This document shows positions 47,828-59,400 of a stretch of DNA of 64,000 nucleotides, one piece after another; position 1 is the stretch's first letter, and each line of letters begins with the position of its first letter. Under the pieces are notes generated by a model. The model did no database searches and was not told the DNA's origin. It saw nothing but the letters and a program-made list of their open reading frames with translations. The stretch is from an uncultured Ignavibacteria bacterium. Lineage in GTDB: Bacteria > Zixibacteria > MSB-5A5 > WJJR01 > JAJRUJ01. The DNA lies in the NCBI GenBank assembly GCA_964461835.1, contig CAYWVO010000014.1, forward strand, positions 6,977 through 70,976, read 5' to 3'. The position numbers and the translations under genes are program-made.

Positions 47828-48376
47828 ATGAGCCCATCATTATCCGCCGACCAGGCCGTGTTGGTGATTGTCGATATCCAGGGAAAACTGGCCACGCTGA
47901 TGCATGAAAAGGAGCTGTTTTACGATAACGTCGGAAAGATGATCAAGGCCTCCCAGGTCCTGAACATCCCTATCCTCTGGAACGAGCAACTACCAGACAA
48001 ACTGGGTGAGACCATTCCAGAAATTAAATCTCTACTGACCGACAACCAACCGCTGGCCAAGAACACCTTCAGTTGCTGCGGCAATCAAGACTTTCTCGGA
48101 AAACTGCGGGAACTCAAGCGCACCCAGGTATTGTTAACCGGCATGGAAACCCATGTTTGTGTCTATCAAACCGCCCGCGATCTTCTGAACATGGGCTTTG
48201 AGGTACACCTGATCGCGGACGCTGTGTCTTCGCGTACCCAGCGAAACAGCCAGTTGGGTATTGCCAAAATGAAAGCGTGCGGGGCGGAGGTCACTTCCGT
48301 CGAAATGGCCCTCTTCGAGATGCTGCAGGTGGCTGAGGGAGAGGCTTTTAAACGCATTATCAAGATTGTAAAATAA
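47828..48376 (+). CDS. Isochorismatase-family cysteine hydrolase.
   Basis: VLVIVDIQ...VLLTGMETHVCVYQTARDLL, with the catalytic Cys in context. Confidence 0.85.
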   Translation: MSPSLSADQAVLVIVDIQGKLATLMHEKELFYDNVGKMIKASQVLNIPILWNEQLPDKLGETIPEIKSLLTDNQPLAKNTFSCCGNQDFLGKLRELKRTQVLLTGMETHVCVYQTARDLLNMGFEVHLIADAVSSRTQRNSQLGIAKMKACGAEVTSVEMALFEMLQVAEGEAFKRIIKIVK

Positions 48377-48380
48377 AAAA

Positions 48381-48403
48381 ACGCCCAGCGCGATGCCGGG
48401 CGT
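48381..48403 (-). terminator. Intrinsic terminator for the minus-strand VOC gene.
   Basis: ACGCCC-11 nt-GGGCGT, with a T-run on the minus strand (plus-strand A-run 48371-48380). Confidence 0.5.
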
Positions 48404-48427
48404 GACTATTGCAGTCTGATCCTTCCG

Positions 48428-48796
48428 CTATTTGGCGGATTTATCCTCCTGGAAAATTCCTATAATGATCCCCTCGGTGTCCTTAACATAGGCAACGTAG
48501 CCGACTCCGGGAATGGTCATCTTTGGCAGGATAATGGTTCCGCCAGCGTCAGTGGCTTTTTTCGTGTACTCGTCAACGGACGGCACGTTGATACTATTAG
48601 TCATCAGGGGAGCCTCGCCCCGCATTTTCATGATACCACCATTGATCCCTTTTTCGGAGTTATCCCCGGTCTTGACGATCCAATAATCACCGGGACCGTC
48701 CCACTTGGAGATTTCCCAGCCAAATACGTCCTGGTAGAATTTACCTGCGCGATCAACATCCTCGACCTGAATTTCAAAATAAGCGACCCGTGGCAT
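48428..48796 (-). CDS. VOC (glyoxalase/bleomycin-resistance/dioxygenase) family protein.
   Basis: VAYFEIQVEDVDRAGKFYQDVFGWE. ATG 48796 with GGAGGGAGG RBS. Confidence 0.8.
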   Translation of the reverse strand: MPRVAYFEIQVEDVDRAGKFYQDVFGWEISKWDGPGDYWIVKTGDNSEKGINGGIMKMRGEAPLMTNSINVPSVDEYTKKATDAGGTIILPKMTIPGVGYVAYVKDTEGIIIGIFQEDKSAK

Positions 48797-48942
48797 GGTC
48801 TCCCCTCCCTCCAAAAATTATGGTCACTCCACTTATCCTGCTAATACGCCAAAGTGGGTGATCCATAAGTCTCTTTTTCCGGCTATAATACAAAACGGCC
48901 CGCGTGAGGCGGGCCGAGGAATGCGGTCAATCGGTCAGGCGA

Positions 48943-50301
<1,359 letters not shown>

Positions 50302-50332
50302 TGGTGACCTCCTCCTCTATGTTGGTGCAGTC

Positions 50333-51178
50333 TTATTCGTTAAACACAAATGTCGGCTCACGGTAAAACCGGATTGATTTTTCCCGAATGCGTCCCCGGA
50401 TCATACTCCGCAAACGTTTGTTCTTCTGTTCGAGGTTCTCGTTCATGCGCAGGAAGTCCAGCGATATATTAAGCCCTAATGCACGTTTTGGTAAAAATAC
50501 CCGAGTAACACCGGTGGGCAACGATAATCCCTGTTCCACCATCTGCACCAATTCATCCTTGGTAAAACGCCGGAATTCAATTAACGCCTGAAAGTCGGGA
50601 TAATTGCTCTTCAAATGTCCGATGTTGGTATAACTGACGCGGTCAAAATACGGCGATTTTAAATAGAGGCCGGTAATGTCGCGCAATACTCCAATCCGAC
50701 CGTCAAGCCCGTCGGCCTGGGTGACCTGCAACGCGTGATTATCAGCGAAGGTCACACGGCACACTGAATCATTCGACAATTCTGCCCCTGGCTCGGTTTC
50801 GGCGATTGTGACATTGTTCATCTTTTCCAGGGTCGATTCAATTTTGCTGCGGTCCATCTGTTCAATCGCATGATGCCAGGTGTGTAATTGCAGCAAGGGG
50901 TCGTCCAGGCCAATCACTTGCACCACCACGTGTTTGAAACCCCACTCATTGAGAGCGGCAATGCGGTTGGCGCCGTCCAGCAGGATGTACTGTTCGAACC
51001 GACGACTTCGTGCCACGATCGGTGGATTTTTCAGTCGGCCACCGACCCGCAGGTCCTCTACGATACCGGCGTAGCGGCTGCGATCAGTTTCCTCATGATA
51101 CACTAAGTCATCTAAGGCAATGACCTGTAATTCCGGTAATGCCCCGATTTCCAGATGGTTATTTAACCCGTTATCCAT
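50333..51178 (-). CDS. ParB/sulfiredoxin-fold (DGxxR-motif) domain protein of unknown function.
   Basis: The N-terminal ~110 aa (ALDDLVYHEETD...NPPIVAR...YILLDGANRIAAL) resemble ParB N-terminal/DUF262-like NTP-binding domains. C-terminal 170 aa are unassigned. Confidence 0.5.
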   Translation of the reverse strand: MDNGLNNHLEIGALPELQVIALDDLVYHEETDRSRYAGIVEDLRVGGRLKNPPIVARSRRFEQYILLDGANRIAALNEWGFKHVVVQVIGLDDPLLQLHTWHHAIEQMDRSKIESTLEKMNNVTIAETEPGAELSNDSVCRVTFADNHALQVTQADGLDGRIGVLRDITGLYLKSPYFDRVSYTNIGHLKSNYPDFQALIEFRRFTKDELVQMVEQGLSLPTGVTRVFLPKRALGLNISLDFLRMNENLEQKNKRLRSMIRGRIREKSIRFYREPTFVFNE

Positions 51179-51245
51179 TGCCTCACTCGTGTCGGGAAAA
51201 GGTGAACAATTACTGCCTTATCTTCTTCATCGGCGTATTCCGTAC

Positions 51246-51290
51246 AAAAAAAAGCGGGAATGCGTCTGGCATCCCCGCTGGGTTTTCTCC
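51246..51290. terminator. Bidirectional terminator.
   Basis: AAAAAAAA-GCGGGAATGC-GTCTG-GCATCCCCGC-TGGGTTTTCTCC. 10-bp stem with one mismatch, flanked by an A-run and a T-rich run. Confidence 0.55.
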
Positions 51291-51468
51291 AAAAATCCAA
51301 TCAGGTCCGCCTAGCCGGGATGAAGGATACACCACCACGACTGGCTTACACACAGATGATTTTCCCGGATCGTCGTCATGGTGTTGGGAATATAGGCTAA
51401 TCTTGGATAAAGCCAAGTACTTTTGCCCTGTTTAGCGCGGAAACGAGTTATCGGCTGACAGCCTGTAC

Positions 51469-52566
51469 TTACCCGCGCAGGCGACGCCGCCGGTTTTTGA
51501 GGAAGTCCCAGAAAATGTAGCCACCCAGTTGATCCGGCGGAGTGAAATAGGCGCGACCCCGGTTTAATTCGGTCAATTTGCGGACGAACGCCTGCAAGTA
51601 TGGATCGGAGGTTACCATAAACGTGGTAATGGTGATCTTCTTTTTGCGGCAGATGACCGCCTCATCCAGCGTCCGATTCACAATCATCGGATCCAGCCCT
51701 ACCGGATTTTTGTATAGGCGGCCGTTCCGGCGGCGAATCACCGAGGGCTTGCCGTCCGTGATCATAAAAATCTGTTTGTTCAAGTGCTTGCGGTGCAACA
51801 GGATTTCCCGCGCGGTGCGCAGCCCGGCCTGGGTGTTGGTGTGATAAGGACCCACTCCGACATAGGCCAATTCTTCGACTGGTATCTCGGTTGCATCATC
51901 GCCGAAGACCACCACGTTGAGCGAGTCGCCGCGGAATCGCGTGAGAATCATCTCGGCAAACGCCATCGCCACCTGCTTGGCCGGGGTGATCCGGTCTTCC
52001 CCGTAAAGCACCATGGAGTGGGAAATATCCAACAGCAACACTGTGGCACTGGAGGTGGCGGCCTCGGTCTGTCGAACCGACAAGTCGGGCTCGGTTAAGG
52101 ACCAGCGATCGATACCGGCCCGCCGGAACGCGTTGACGAACGATTCGTTGAAATCAATATCCGACGCCGAATCTCCGAACATGAACGGACGGTTTTCCGG
52201 CAATTGCTCGGCGCTCCCGGCTCCCTCCTGCCCGATGGGATGCTGTCCCCGGGCATCGGATTTCAGCGTGGAGAAGATCAAATCCAGCGAATCTTGCCGT
52301 ATTTTCTTTTCGCCTTTGGGAGTTAGGTTAAATTTCCGGCCAGATTTCTGGATGAGACGATCCTCCTGCAATTTCTTGATAAAATCATCCAGATCGATAT
52401 CGGGCGGAATCAACCCGCGGTTTTGCATGTAGCGCAGCCAGTGTAACGCCTCGTTAACGTCCCCATTGACCTGTAACAGCAAATGGTTAAATAGCTTGAG
52501 GAGATCCTGCGCCGCCAGTAGCCGACGGATTAGATCCTCATCCCATTCGGAATATTCAAACCGCAT
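51469..52566 (-). CDS. VWA-domain protein (BchD/ChlD C-terminal-like partner of a ChlI-like ATPase).
   Basis: MIDAS motif DISHSM, plus downstream T and D residues. 365 aa. Confidence 0.75.
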   Translation of the reverse strand: MRFEYSEWDEDLIRRLLAAQDLLKLFNHLLLQVNGDVNEALHWLRYMQNRGLIPPDIDLDDFIKKLQEDRLIQKSGRKFNLTPKGEKKIRQDSLDLIFSTLKSDARGQHPIGQEGAGSAEQLPENRPFMFGDSASDIDFNESFVNAFRRAGIDRWSLTEPDLSVRQTEAATSSATVLLLDISHSMVLYGEDRITPAKQVAMAFAEMILTRFRGDSLNVVVFGDDATEIPVEELAYVGVGPYHTNTQAGLRTAREILLHRKHLNKQIFMITDGKPSVIRRRNGRLYKNPVGLDPMIVNRTLDEAVICRKKKITITTFMVTSDPYLQAFVRKLTELNRGRAYFTPPDQLGGYIFWDFLKNRRRRLRG

Positions 52567-52587
52567 GCTCGTTTCTTCCCATCACCA

Positions 52588-54072
52588 CTAATCGTCCCGA
52601 TCGTGCTGGACATTATGCAGCATCGTGGCCAACATATCGGAATAGCGGTACATCGAATCGACGGATGATTTGGCCAGTAGATTTTGCTGATGTAAGCCCT
52701 CCAGGACAAATTCCATTGCCAGAGCGGTTTCCGCCGAACCGTTGGTCTTCAGGAATTGCTCTGCCACTGCTTTGAGTGTTGGCACCGTGTTCAGTGCGTT
52801 CTCGTATTCGGCGAGGGGCATTTCGTCGGAGATTTCCAGTTTCATATCGCTCGAAAAATGGGCCAGAATCTTCCCGAAAACCGGATCGGCCTTGGTCGGA
52901 AGGTCACCGTCTTTTTCGACCCGCGGCATAAGCCGGGAGAACACGGTCTCAACCGCCCGACCAATGACATTCAACGAAATCATCCGCGGACCCTCGCGTT
53001 CACCTTCATAGACCAGCTCGACTTTGCCGGAGACCGCCGGAATTGCCGCCGCCAAATCCGCCATCCGGGGCATCAGGGAGGTATCCCCGGTGCGTAAGTT
53101 GCGGCGCTCCACGTTGGAAATTACATTTTCCAGCACGGAAATCGGTACTCGGGCGGATACACCCGACGATTGGTCAACGAATTCTGAATCACGTGCAGCA
53201 AACGCGATTTCTTCGATAACTTCGCGGAAGAAGTCCGGAAATTCAGGGGTGTTTTCTTCTCGGTGTACCCACGCCTCCTGGTCGGTGATGCGCTGCGAAT
53301 CGTCCACCGTGGTCGGGTAGTGGGTGATAATTTGCGAATCGATCCGATCCTTCAGCGGAGTGATGATGTTCCCCCGATTGGTGTAGTCCTCCGGGTTGGC
53401 GGTAAAGACCAACAGCATATCCAGCGGAATTCGCACCGGGAAACCGCGGATTTGCAGATCGTTTTCTTCCAGAATATTGAGCAGACCAACCTGGATACGG
53501 GGTTGGAGGTCCGGCAACTCATTGATGGCAAAAATACCCCGATTAGTTCGGGGAATAATGCCGTAATGGATTGTCTCTTCGTCGGAGAAATCCCGCTTTT
53601 CCCGGGCGGCTTTAATCGGGTCCAGATCACCGATTAAATCAGCAATCGTCACATCAGGCGTGGCCAGCTTTTCCTGGTAGCGCAACTCCCGCGGGATCCA
53701 GTCAATCGGCGTCTCATCACCCATCTCGGCGACGATCCGGCGTGAATAGGCACAAATTGGCTGTAGTGGATGGCAATTGAGCGGTGATCCCTTGATCACC
53801 GGGACCTCCGGATCCAAAAACCGGATTAATGAACGGACCAGGCGTGTCTTGGCCTGGCCCCGCAATCCCAACAGGATAAAATTATGTCGCGAGAGAATCG
53901 CGTTTTCCAATGCCGGCTCGACGGTCTTTTTGTAGCCGACGATACCCGGAAACAGTTCTTCATCATTGCGAATGGCCGCGATGAGGTTGCGACGCAATTC
54001 GTCTTTCACGGTTTCGTATGCGAATCCGCGTCGTTTGAATTCGCCCAGAGTCTGCGGTCGCTTCTTCCCCAT
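52588..54072 (-). CDS. ChlI/BchI-like (Mg-chelatase subunit I-type) AAA+ ATPase with a variant Walker A.
   Basis: FPGIVGY...ILLGLRGQAKTRLVRSLIRFLDP aligns to ChlI FPxxVGQ...GDRGTGKST...LLP. Walker B/sensor region AINELPDL...PLDMLLVFTANPEDY. Walker A is GxxGxAKT rather than GxxGxGKS/T. Confidence 0.7.
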   Translation of the reverse strand: MGKKRPQTLGEFKRRGFAYETVKDELRRNLIAAIRNDEELFPGIVGYKKTVEPALENAILSRHNFILLGLRGQAKTRLVRSLIRFLDPEVPVIKGSPLNCHPLQPICAYSRRIVAEMGDETPIDWIPRELRYQEKLATPDVTIADLIGDLDPIKAAREKRDFSDEETIHYGIIPRTNRGIFAINELPDLQPRIQVGLLNILEENDLQIRGFPVRIPLDMLLVFTANPEDYTNRGNIITPLKDRIDSQIITHYPTTVDDSQRITDQEAWVHREENTPEFPDFFREVIEEIAFAARDSEFVDQSSGVSARVPISVLENVISNVERRNLRTGDTSLMPRMADLAAAIPAVSGKVELVYEGEREGPRMISLNVIGRAVETVFSRLMPRVEKDGDLPTKADPVFGKILAHFSSDMKLEISDEMPLAEYENALNTVPTLKAVAEQFLKTNGSAETALAMEFVLEGLHQQNLLAKSSVDSMYRYSDMLATMLHNVQHDRDD

Positions 54073-54386
54073 AGCCCTGTCCCTTCTGCTAAATCTTTCG
54101 CCCCTATTAAACGCAAGGGCCGATGGGCCGTTTGTAACGCGACTGACAACACCAAAAAAACCGGGAATTCCCCAATTTCCTGAACGTCAATGACCGAAAT
54201 CTTTCGTACCAGTTATATCGCCGGGGATGCCAAGAGGGGATTTCAGTGCTTCACTCTTCGTCAAGCCCTACACAACCACTTCGTCACCCCTTTACCTGCC
54301 GGTCACGCGGACAGTACCCGCCAAAAATGTCCTGGAGAGCAAATATGTGGTCACGCGTTGCGATTGGAGTTGCCATGGTTGATTCA

Positions 54387-55022
54387 ATGAGCAGATATAA
54401 CAACTTGCGGTGGGTTATTCTCATAATTTCATGTCTTGCATTCACTTGGATATCATTACCGGCGGCAAAAGCTCAGGAACTTCGTGAGTTTCAAGTCGAT
54501 ACGGAGCGGTCACGACAGGTACTTTTTGTCTCGGACGCCCCGCTGGAAGATTTCGAGGGTGTTACCAAGTATATTGACGGCTACGTTATGTGGAATCCTG
54601 ATCAATCACTGCAAACCGGCGACTCTCTCCAGGGTTCATTCTATTTCGAAGTCGACCTAGCCAGTCTGGACACTGGCATTGGTTTGCGCAACCGGGATAT
54701 GCGGGAGGACTACCTGGAGACGGACGAATACCCCTTCGCGAAATATTCCGGTAAGCTGAGTAAGGTCACCGGAGTAACGGACTCCACAACTACACTAGAT
54801 ACATCCGGGGAACTCACCATTCATGGGGTTGTGCAAGAACGCACGATACCGGTAGTAATTACACCGGTGGAGAACGCGTACCGGGTTTCGGCCGAGTTTT
54901 CGGTAACCCTCCCCGACCATAAGATCAAAATCCCGAAATTCATGTTTTTGCAAATCGACGAAACGGTCGAATTGGAACTTAATTTTGCGGTGAAGCCGGT
55001 TAAGAATTCGGCGGGAGAATGA
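54387..55022 (+). CDS. YceI-like periplasmic polyisoprenoid-binding protein.
   Basis: Signal peptide plus YceI-type motifs (GSFYFEVDLASLDTGIGLRNRDMRE...ETDEYPFAKYSG). The ORF is open from 54246, but the upstream part is non-protein-like. Confidence 0.7.
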   Translation: MSRYNNLRWVILIISCLAFTWISLPAAKAQELREFQVDTERSRQVLFVSDAPLEDFEGVTKYIDGYVMWNPDQSLQTGDSLQGSFYFEVDLASLDTGIGLRNRDMREDYLETDEYPFAKYSGKLSKVTGVTDSTTTLDTSGELTIHGVVQERTIPVVITPVENAYRVSAEFSVTLPDHKIKIPKFMFLQIDETVELELNFAVKPVKNSAGE

Positions 55023-55876
55023 ATATGCGAACGGCTACGATATTTTTGGCGATAGCTTTACTATTCACATCGATTACCTTTGCACAGGATCCATCCCCCA
55101 CCTGGCAACGAAGCAGGACGCCGGTCCAGCCGGAGATTCGCGTTCTTCATTCGCGCTGCGCGATCAATTTGCCGACCACCGAAACACTCGATCAGGGCTT
55201 ATTCCATTTCGAGGTCGGTCATCGATTCTTTCCGACAATTGAGAACGGCGAAGACCACCTTTTTGGATTGGATGGTCCGGCGAATATCCGTCTGGGCTTT
55301 GGCTATGCCCCTACCGATCGCCTGCTCATTATACTCGGCCGCTCCAACGAACGCGATAATCTGGATCTTCAGGGCAAATATAAACTTTATACTGATAAGG
55401 TCAGAAATTGCCCTTGGTCGGTAGCGGTCCAGGCCGGCGCGGCCTGGAATACCGCACATCGGCTGGACCGTTCAGTAGATGCAAACCAGAATTTTCAATA
55501 CTATGCTCAGGCTGTCGGGAATATACTATTCGAGGATCTGGTTGGCGTCGGTGTGGTGCCCTCGTTTCTCTACAACAGCAATATCGATCTAGCGGATCGG
55601 GAGGAGCTGTTCGCTGCCGGCCTTTATCTTCAGGTGTATGTCACGAAGACTGCGAGCATCATTGGTGAGTGGACACCTGATATTAGTGGGACCGCTCTCT
55701 CAAAAGACCCCATCGCCTTCGGAGTCGAACTCGAAACCGGGGGACATTTTTTCAAAGTCTTTGCGACTAATTCACTGAGTATCAACCCCTCGCTCTATCT
55801 GGCAGGAACCCATTTTGAAACGAAACCGGACGAATGGCGTCTCGGCTTCTTAATCACTAGAATTCTGCAATTCTGA
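55019..55876 (+). CDS. Predicted outer-membrane beta-barrel protein of unknown function.
   Basis: Signal peptide (ends AQD); amphipathic beta-strand pattern; C-terminal aromatic residue (LQF). Overlaps the yceI-like stop. Confidence 0.55.
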   Translation: MNMRTATIFLAIALLFTSITFAQDPSPTWQRSRTPVQPEIRVLHSRCAINLPTTETLDQGLFHFEVGHRFFPTIENGEDHLFGLDGPANIRLGFGYAPTDRLLIILGRSNERDNLDLQGKYKLYTDKVRNCPWSVAVQAGAAWNTAHRLDRSVDANQNFQYYAQAVGNILFEDLVGVGVVPSFLYNSNIDLADREELFAAGLYLQVYVTKTASIIGEWTPDISGTALSKDPIAFGVELETGGHFFKVFATNSLSINPSLYLAGTHFETKPDEWRLGFLITRILQF

Positions 55877-56487
55877 TCTCATCCGTCTGTCATGTGCACA
55901 TCGTAATCGTGGGATTTATGCAAGCCCTTGCATGCCCGGTGGGAGTATGTACATTTTTTTGCACCAGCGCATGCCTCGGTTGATCGTATTCTGTAACGGG
56001 AGATATCCTTCTATCTTGTTTATTCAAAAGGGCTTAGTCAATAATTAGGTTGCCGGCAGCTTTGCGGGGGCTATTTCGTACAATTGGCATATATAATGCG
56101 TCAATTTCCCAACGATGGAAAAACCGTGTTCAGAAGTGTCTGTATCATGGAGCAACAAGGACATAATCATTTGACTTTGGGAGATTTTGAGCTAACTTAA
56201 TGCGCGTAGGAGGCTTGGAGTCATAAGGACGACTGTTTCATTATCAATGTCCGGCACTCACCTTATGACCTGTCAATGAAGCCCAACTGTTACTCGTTGA
56301 AACCGCATTTCGGTTGAACTAGAAGGGTGATTTAAAGCCGATCTGAGAACTCTGGCCGCATGTCCTGATGAGCACATTTACCTATCTGATATGAAAAACT
56401 ACTTTAAGAGAACATGGCAAACTGATTGTGAGCGAAGAATTCTTACTTCCTCGCCGCTCCGATTGTGAAACGTATGGAGGTGTAGGT

Positions 56488-59400
56488 ATGCGCCAAAGAC
56501 TGTTTGCTTACCTGCTGATTTTACCGCTATTAGTATGTGCTACAACAGCCCACGCGGTGTGGGACATCAGTATCGAATCCAAGAGTGTCGATCCGAGCGC
56601 TACGGATGTGAATGTGGTGCTCACCGCCAGTTGGGACGTGCACTTGGCGGGCCTCACGGTGCCGCTGGTCGCTCGCTCGACGCAGGGCGGCGCGTTCTGG
56701 ACCGGCGCCCTGCCGTACGACACCGGTGGTGTCCCTGGATCCCATCCCTACGCAGTCGGCGTCACCTGGGATTGGGTGCAACCCTGGGCGTTCCTTGTCG
56801 AAGAATTTCGTTCGGGGGTGCCGACGGGTGACTGTCCGACTGACGGGGATACGGGATATGATGGCGTCGCGCCGGATCACTTCGTCATCAACGCCGCCGG
56901 GGTTAGTGCTCATCCGGCGGAACCAACCGGACGGGATTTTCTGACCTTTACCTTTGATGTTGGTGCGGCGGAGGGGACGTTTGAGTTCGATACCGCCTGC
57001 TTCACCGACCAACTGCCTACGATTTTCATGATCGATGGTGACTTTCCGCCTACTGATCATGGACCGGACGGAACGGACGAAACTACCTTCACCAAGGGCA
57101 TAATCACGGTTGGCACCGTTAGCGAGAATGAAGCGCCGACCATCGTCACCTGTCCGGCCGGCCAGACGGTCGATATTGCCCAGGCGGTCAATCTGACGAT
57201 TGAGGCAACCGACGATGGCAATCCTGATCCGCCGGGTGCGCTCACGATTATCCCGACGGGTGTACCGGCCTTTTTGACGTTTACCGACAACGGTGACGGG
57301 ACGGCGACGCTGGTGGGAACGCCGGGTTGTGCGGATGCGGATCAGGCATATCCGATGTCGTTTGTGGCCAACGATGGCGAGTTGGATTCCGAGCCGTGTG
57401 CGTTTACGCTGACGGTTGAAGATACTGAACCACCGCTGATTACTTGTCCGGCGGATATTACCGTTGAATGTGATGCGTCGACTGATCCAGCCAACACCGG
57501 GTCGGCAACGGCGGACGACAACTGCGATGAGACGGTTGACATCACGTATTCCGATGAGACGGCCGCTGGTGACTGCCCGCAGGCTACGGTGATTACGCGT
57601 ACGTGGACGGCGACGGATGATGCGGGGAACACAGCGACGTGCGATCAGACCATTACGGTCGATGACACGACCCCACCGGTGATTACCTGCCCACCGGATA
57701 TTGCGGTTGAGTGTGGTGATCCCACCGATCCGGCAGCATTGGGTGAAGCCACGGCAACCGATAATTGTGGTGCGGTGACGATTGATTTCAACGATGTCAT
57801 AACCCCCGGCTCATGCGACGGGGAATACACTATCACCCGCACGTGGACCGCCACTGATGAATGCGGCAATTCCTCCAGCCACGGTCAACTCATTGACGTC
57901 TTCGACGTTACCGCGCCGGTATTGACTGGTTGTCCGCCGGATGCAACGGTGGAATGCGACGAAATTCCTGCTCCGGCGGATGTCACCGCTGAGGATGCCT
58001 GTGAAGGACCGGGAATTGACGTCGTGTTTAATGAGGTTATTGACGGCTCCACGATAACCCGGACCTGGACGGCGATTGACGATTGCGGCAACACCGCGGA
58101 GTGTACTCAAATTCTGACCATTGCCGATACCGAAGCGCCGGTGATCACGGCACCGGACGACATAACGGTTGAGTGCCCGAGCGATGTTCCGCCCCCAGCG
58201 GAGTTGACTGCAACGGATAATTGCGATCAAGACGTCACAATTGTCTTTGCGGAATCGTCCGATGGCCAAACGTGCCCGGAAACAATCACCCGGACCTGGA
58301 CCGCTACTGACGACAGTGGCAATGAAACCGTGGTGACGCAGACAATCACGGTTGACGATACGACCCCACCGACACTGGCGGGGGTCCCGGAAGACGCGCA
58401 ATATGAATGCCTCGGGGATGTTCCCGTGCCAGCAGACGTTACCGCCGAGGATAATTGCCCCAATGTTACGCTGAACTTTGAAGAACAATCAATGAGAGAA
58501 TGCCCGGTCACAATCACGCGGAGTTGGACGGCAACCGACGCTTGTGGTAATCAGGTTTCACAGACTCAGACTATCACCGTTGAGGATGTCACCGAACCAA
58601 CCATTACGTGTCCCGCCGATATTACAACCGGTCCCAACGATATCCACCCGGATATTACCGGCTACGCCACCGCAACGGACAACTGTGATGACGAGATAGA
58701 GATAACCTGGGCCGACAGCCGGCCCAACCAAGAAACCATCGAACGGACCTGGACCGCCACCGACGATTGCGGTAATAGCAGCTCCTGTTTTCAGATTATC
58801 ACTATTGAAGAGGGTGGGATCTGCGAAGATGATTCGGTCTGGGTGGATCATGCCTCCGGCCTGGTTGGCGAAACCGTGCCGGTGTGTGTCCATTTCAAAA
58901 ACTGCACGGAACTTGGCGCACTCACCGTCCCCTTAATCTGGGATCCCGATGTGGTAACCCTGGATTCGATCGGGTACGATGGCTCCCGCATTGCGAGCTA
59001 TGCCTTGAAGGCCGATGAGACCGGAATCGATAACGCCAACAATACCGTGGTGCTCTTTGCGCTGCGGGTTTCCGAACCCCCGATCCCGATCGGCCAAGGA
59101 TTAATGGCTACCCTGTTCTTTACGCTCGATGAATGTTCGGCCGTACCGGTTACGATTGATTCAACACATGTCGAACCGTCGGGTTCATTACTGTTCGTCG
59201 ATCCGAACGGCAACCCAATCGATCCGGGGTTCGCCGCTGGTTCGATCACAGTTGAATCAGGTGATCCGAGTGTTATTCCTGATCCGACATCATTGACTTT
59301 TGACGCAACCGTGCCGGGCGTTCCGCCGCCGTGCCAGATCCTGTCGGTGGGCACCCAGTACTGTGGCGAGGCCTGCTTCACCGTTTCCTGGGATGCAAGC

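Noticed and set aside
54246-54386. N-terminal 47 codons of the yceI-like ORF.
   Set aside because: Pro/Ser/Arg-rich with no signal peptide. The downstream Met at 54387 starts a proper signal sequence.
56070-56100. TGGCAT-N5-ATGC as a possible sigma54 promoter.
   Set aside because: The -12 element lacks the conserved TTGC/GC at the correct spacing; only partial similarity.
56350-56400. CUGAUGAG motif (56368-56375) reminiscent of a hammerhead ribozyme core.
   Set aside because: No complementary stem II, and no GAAA followed by stem III pairing. An isolated 8-mer match is expected by chance.
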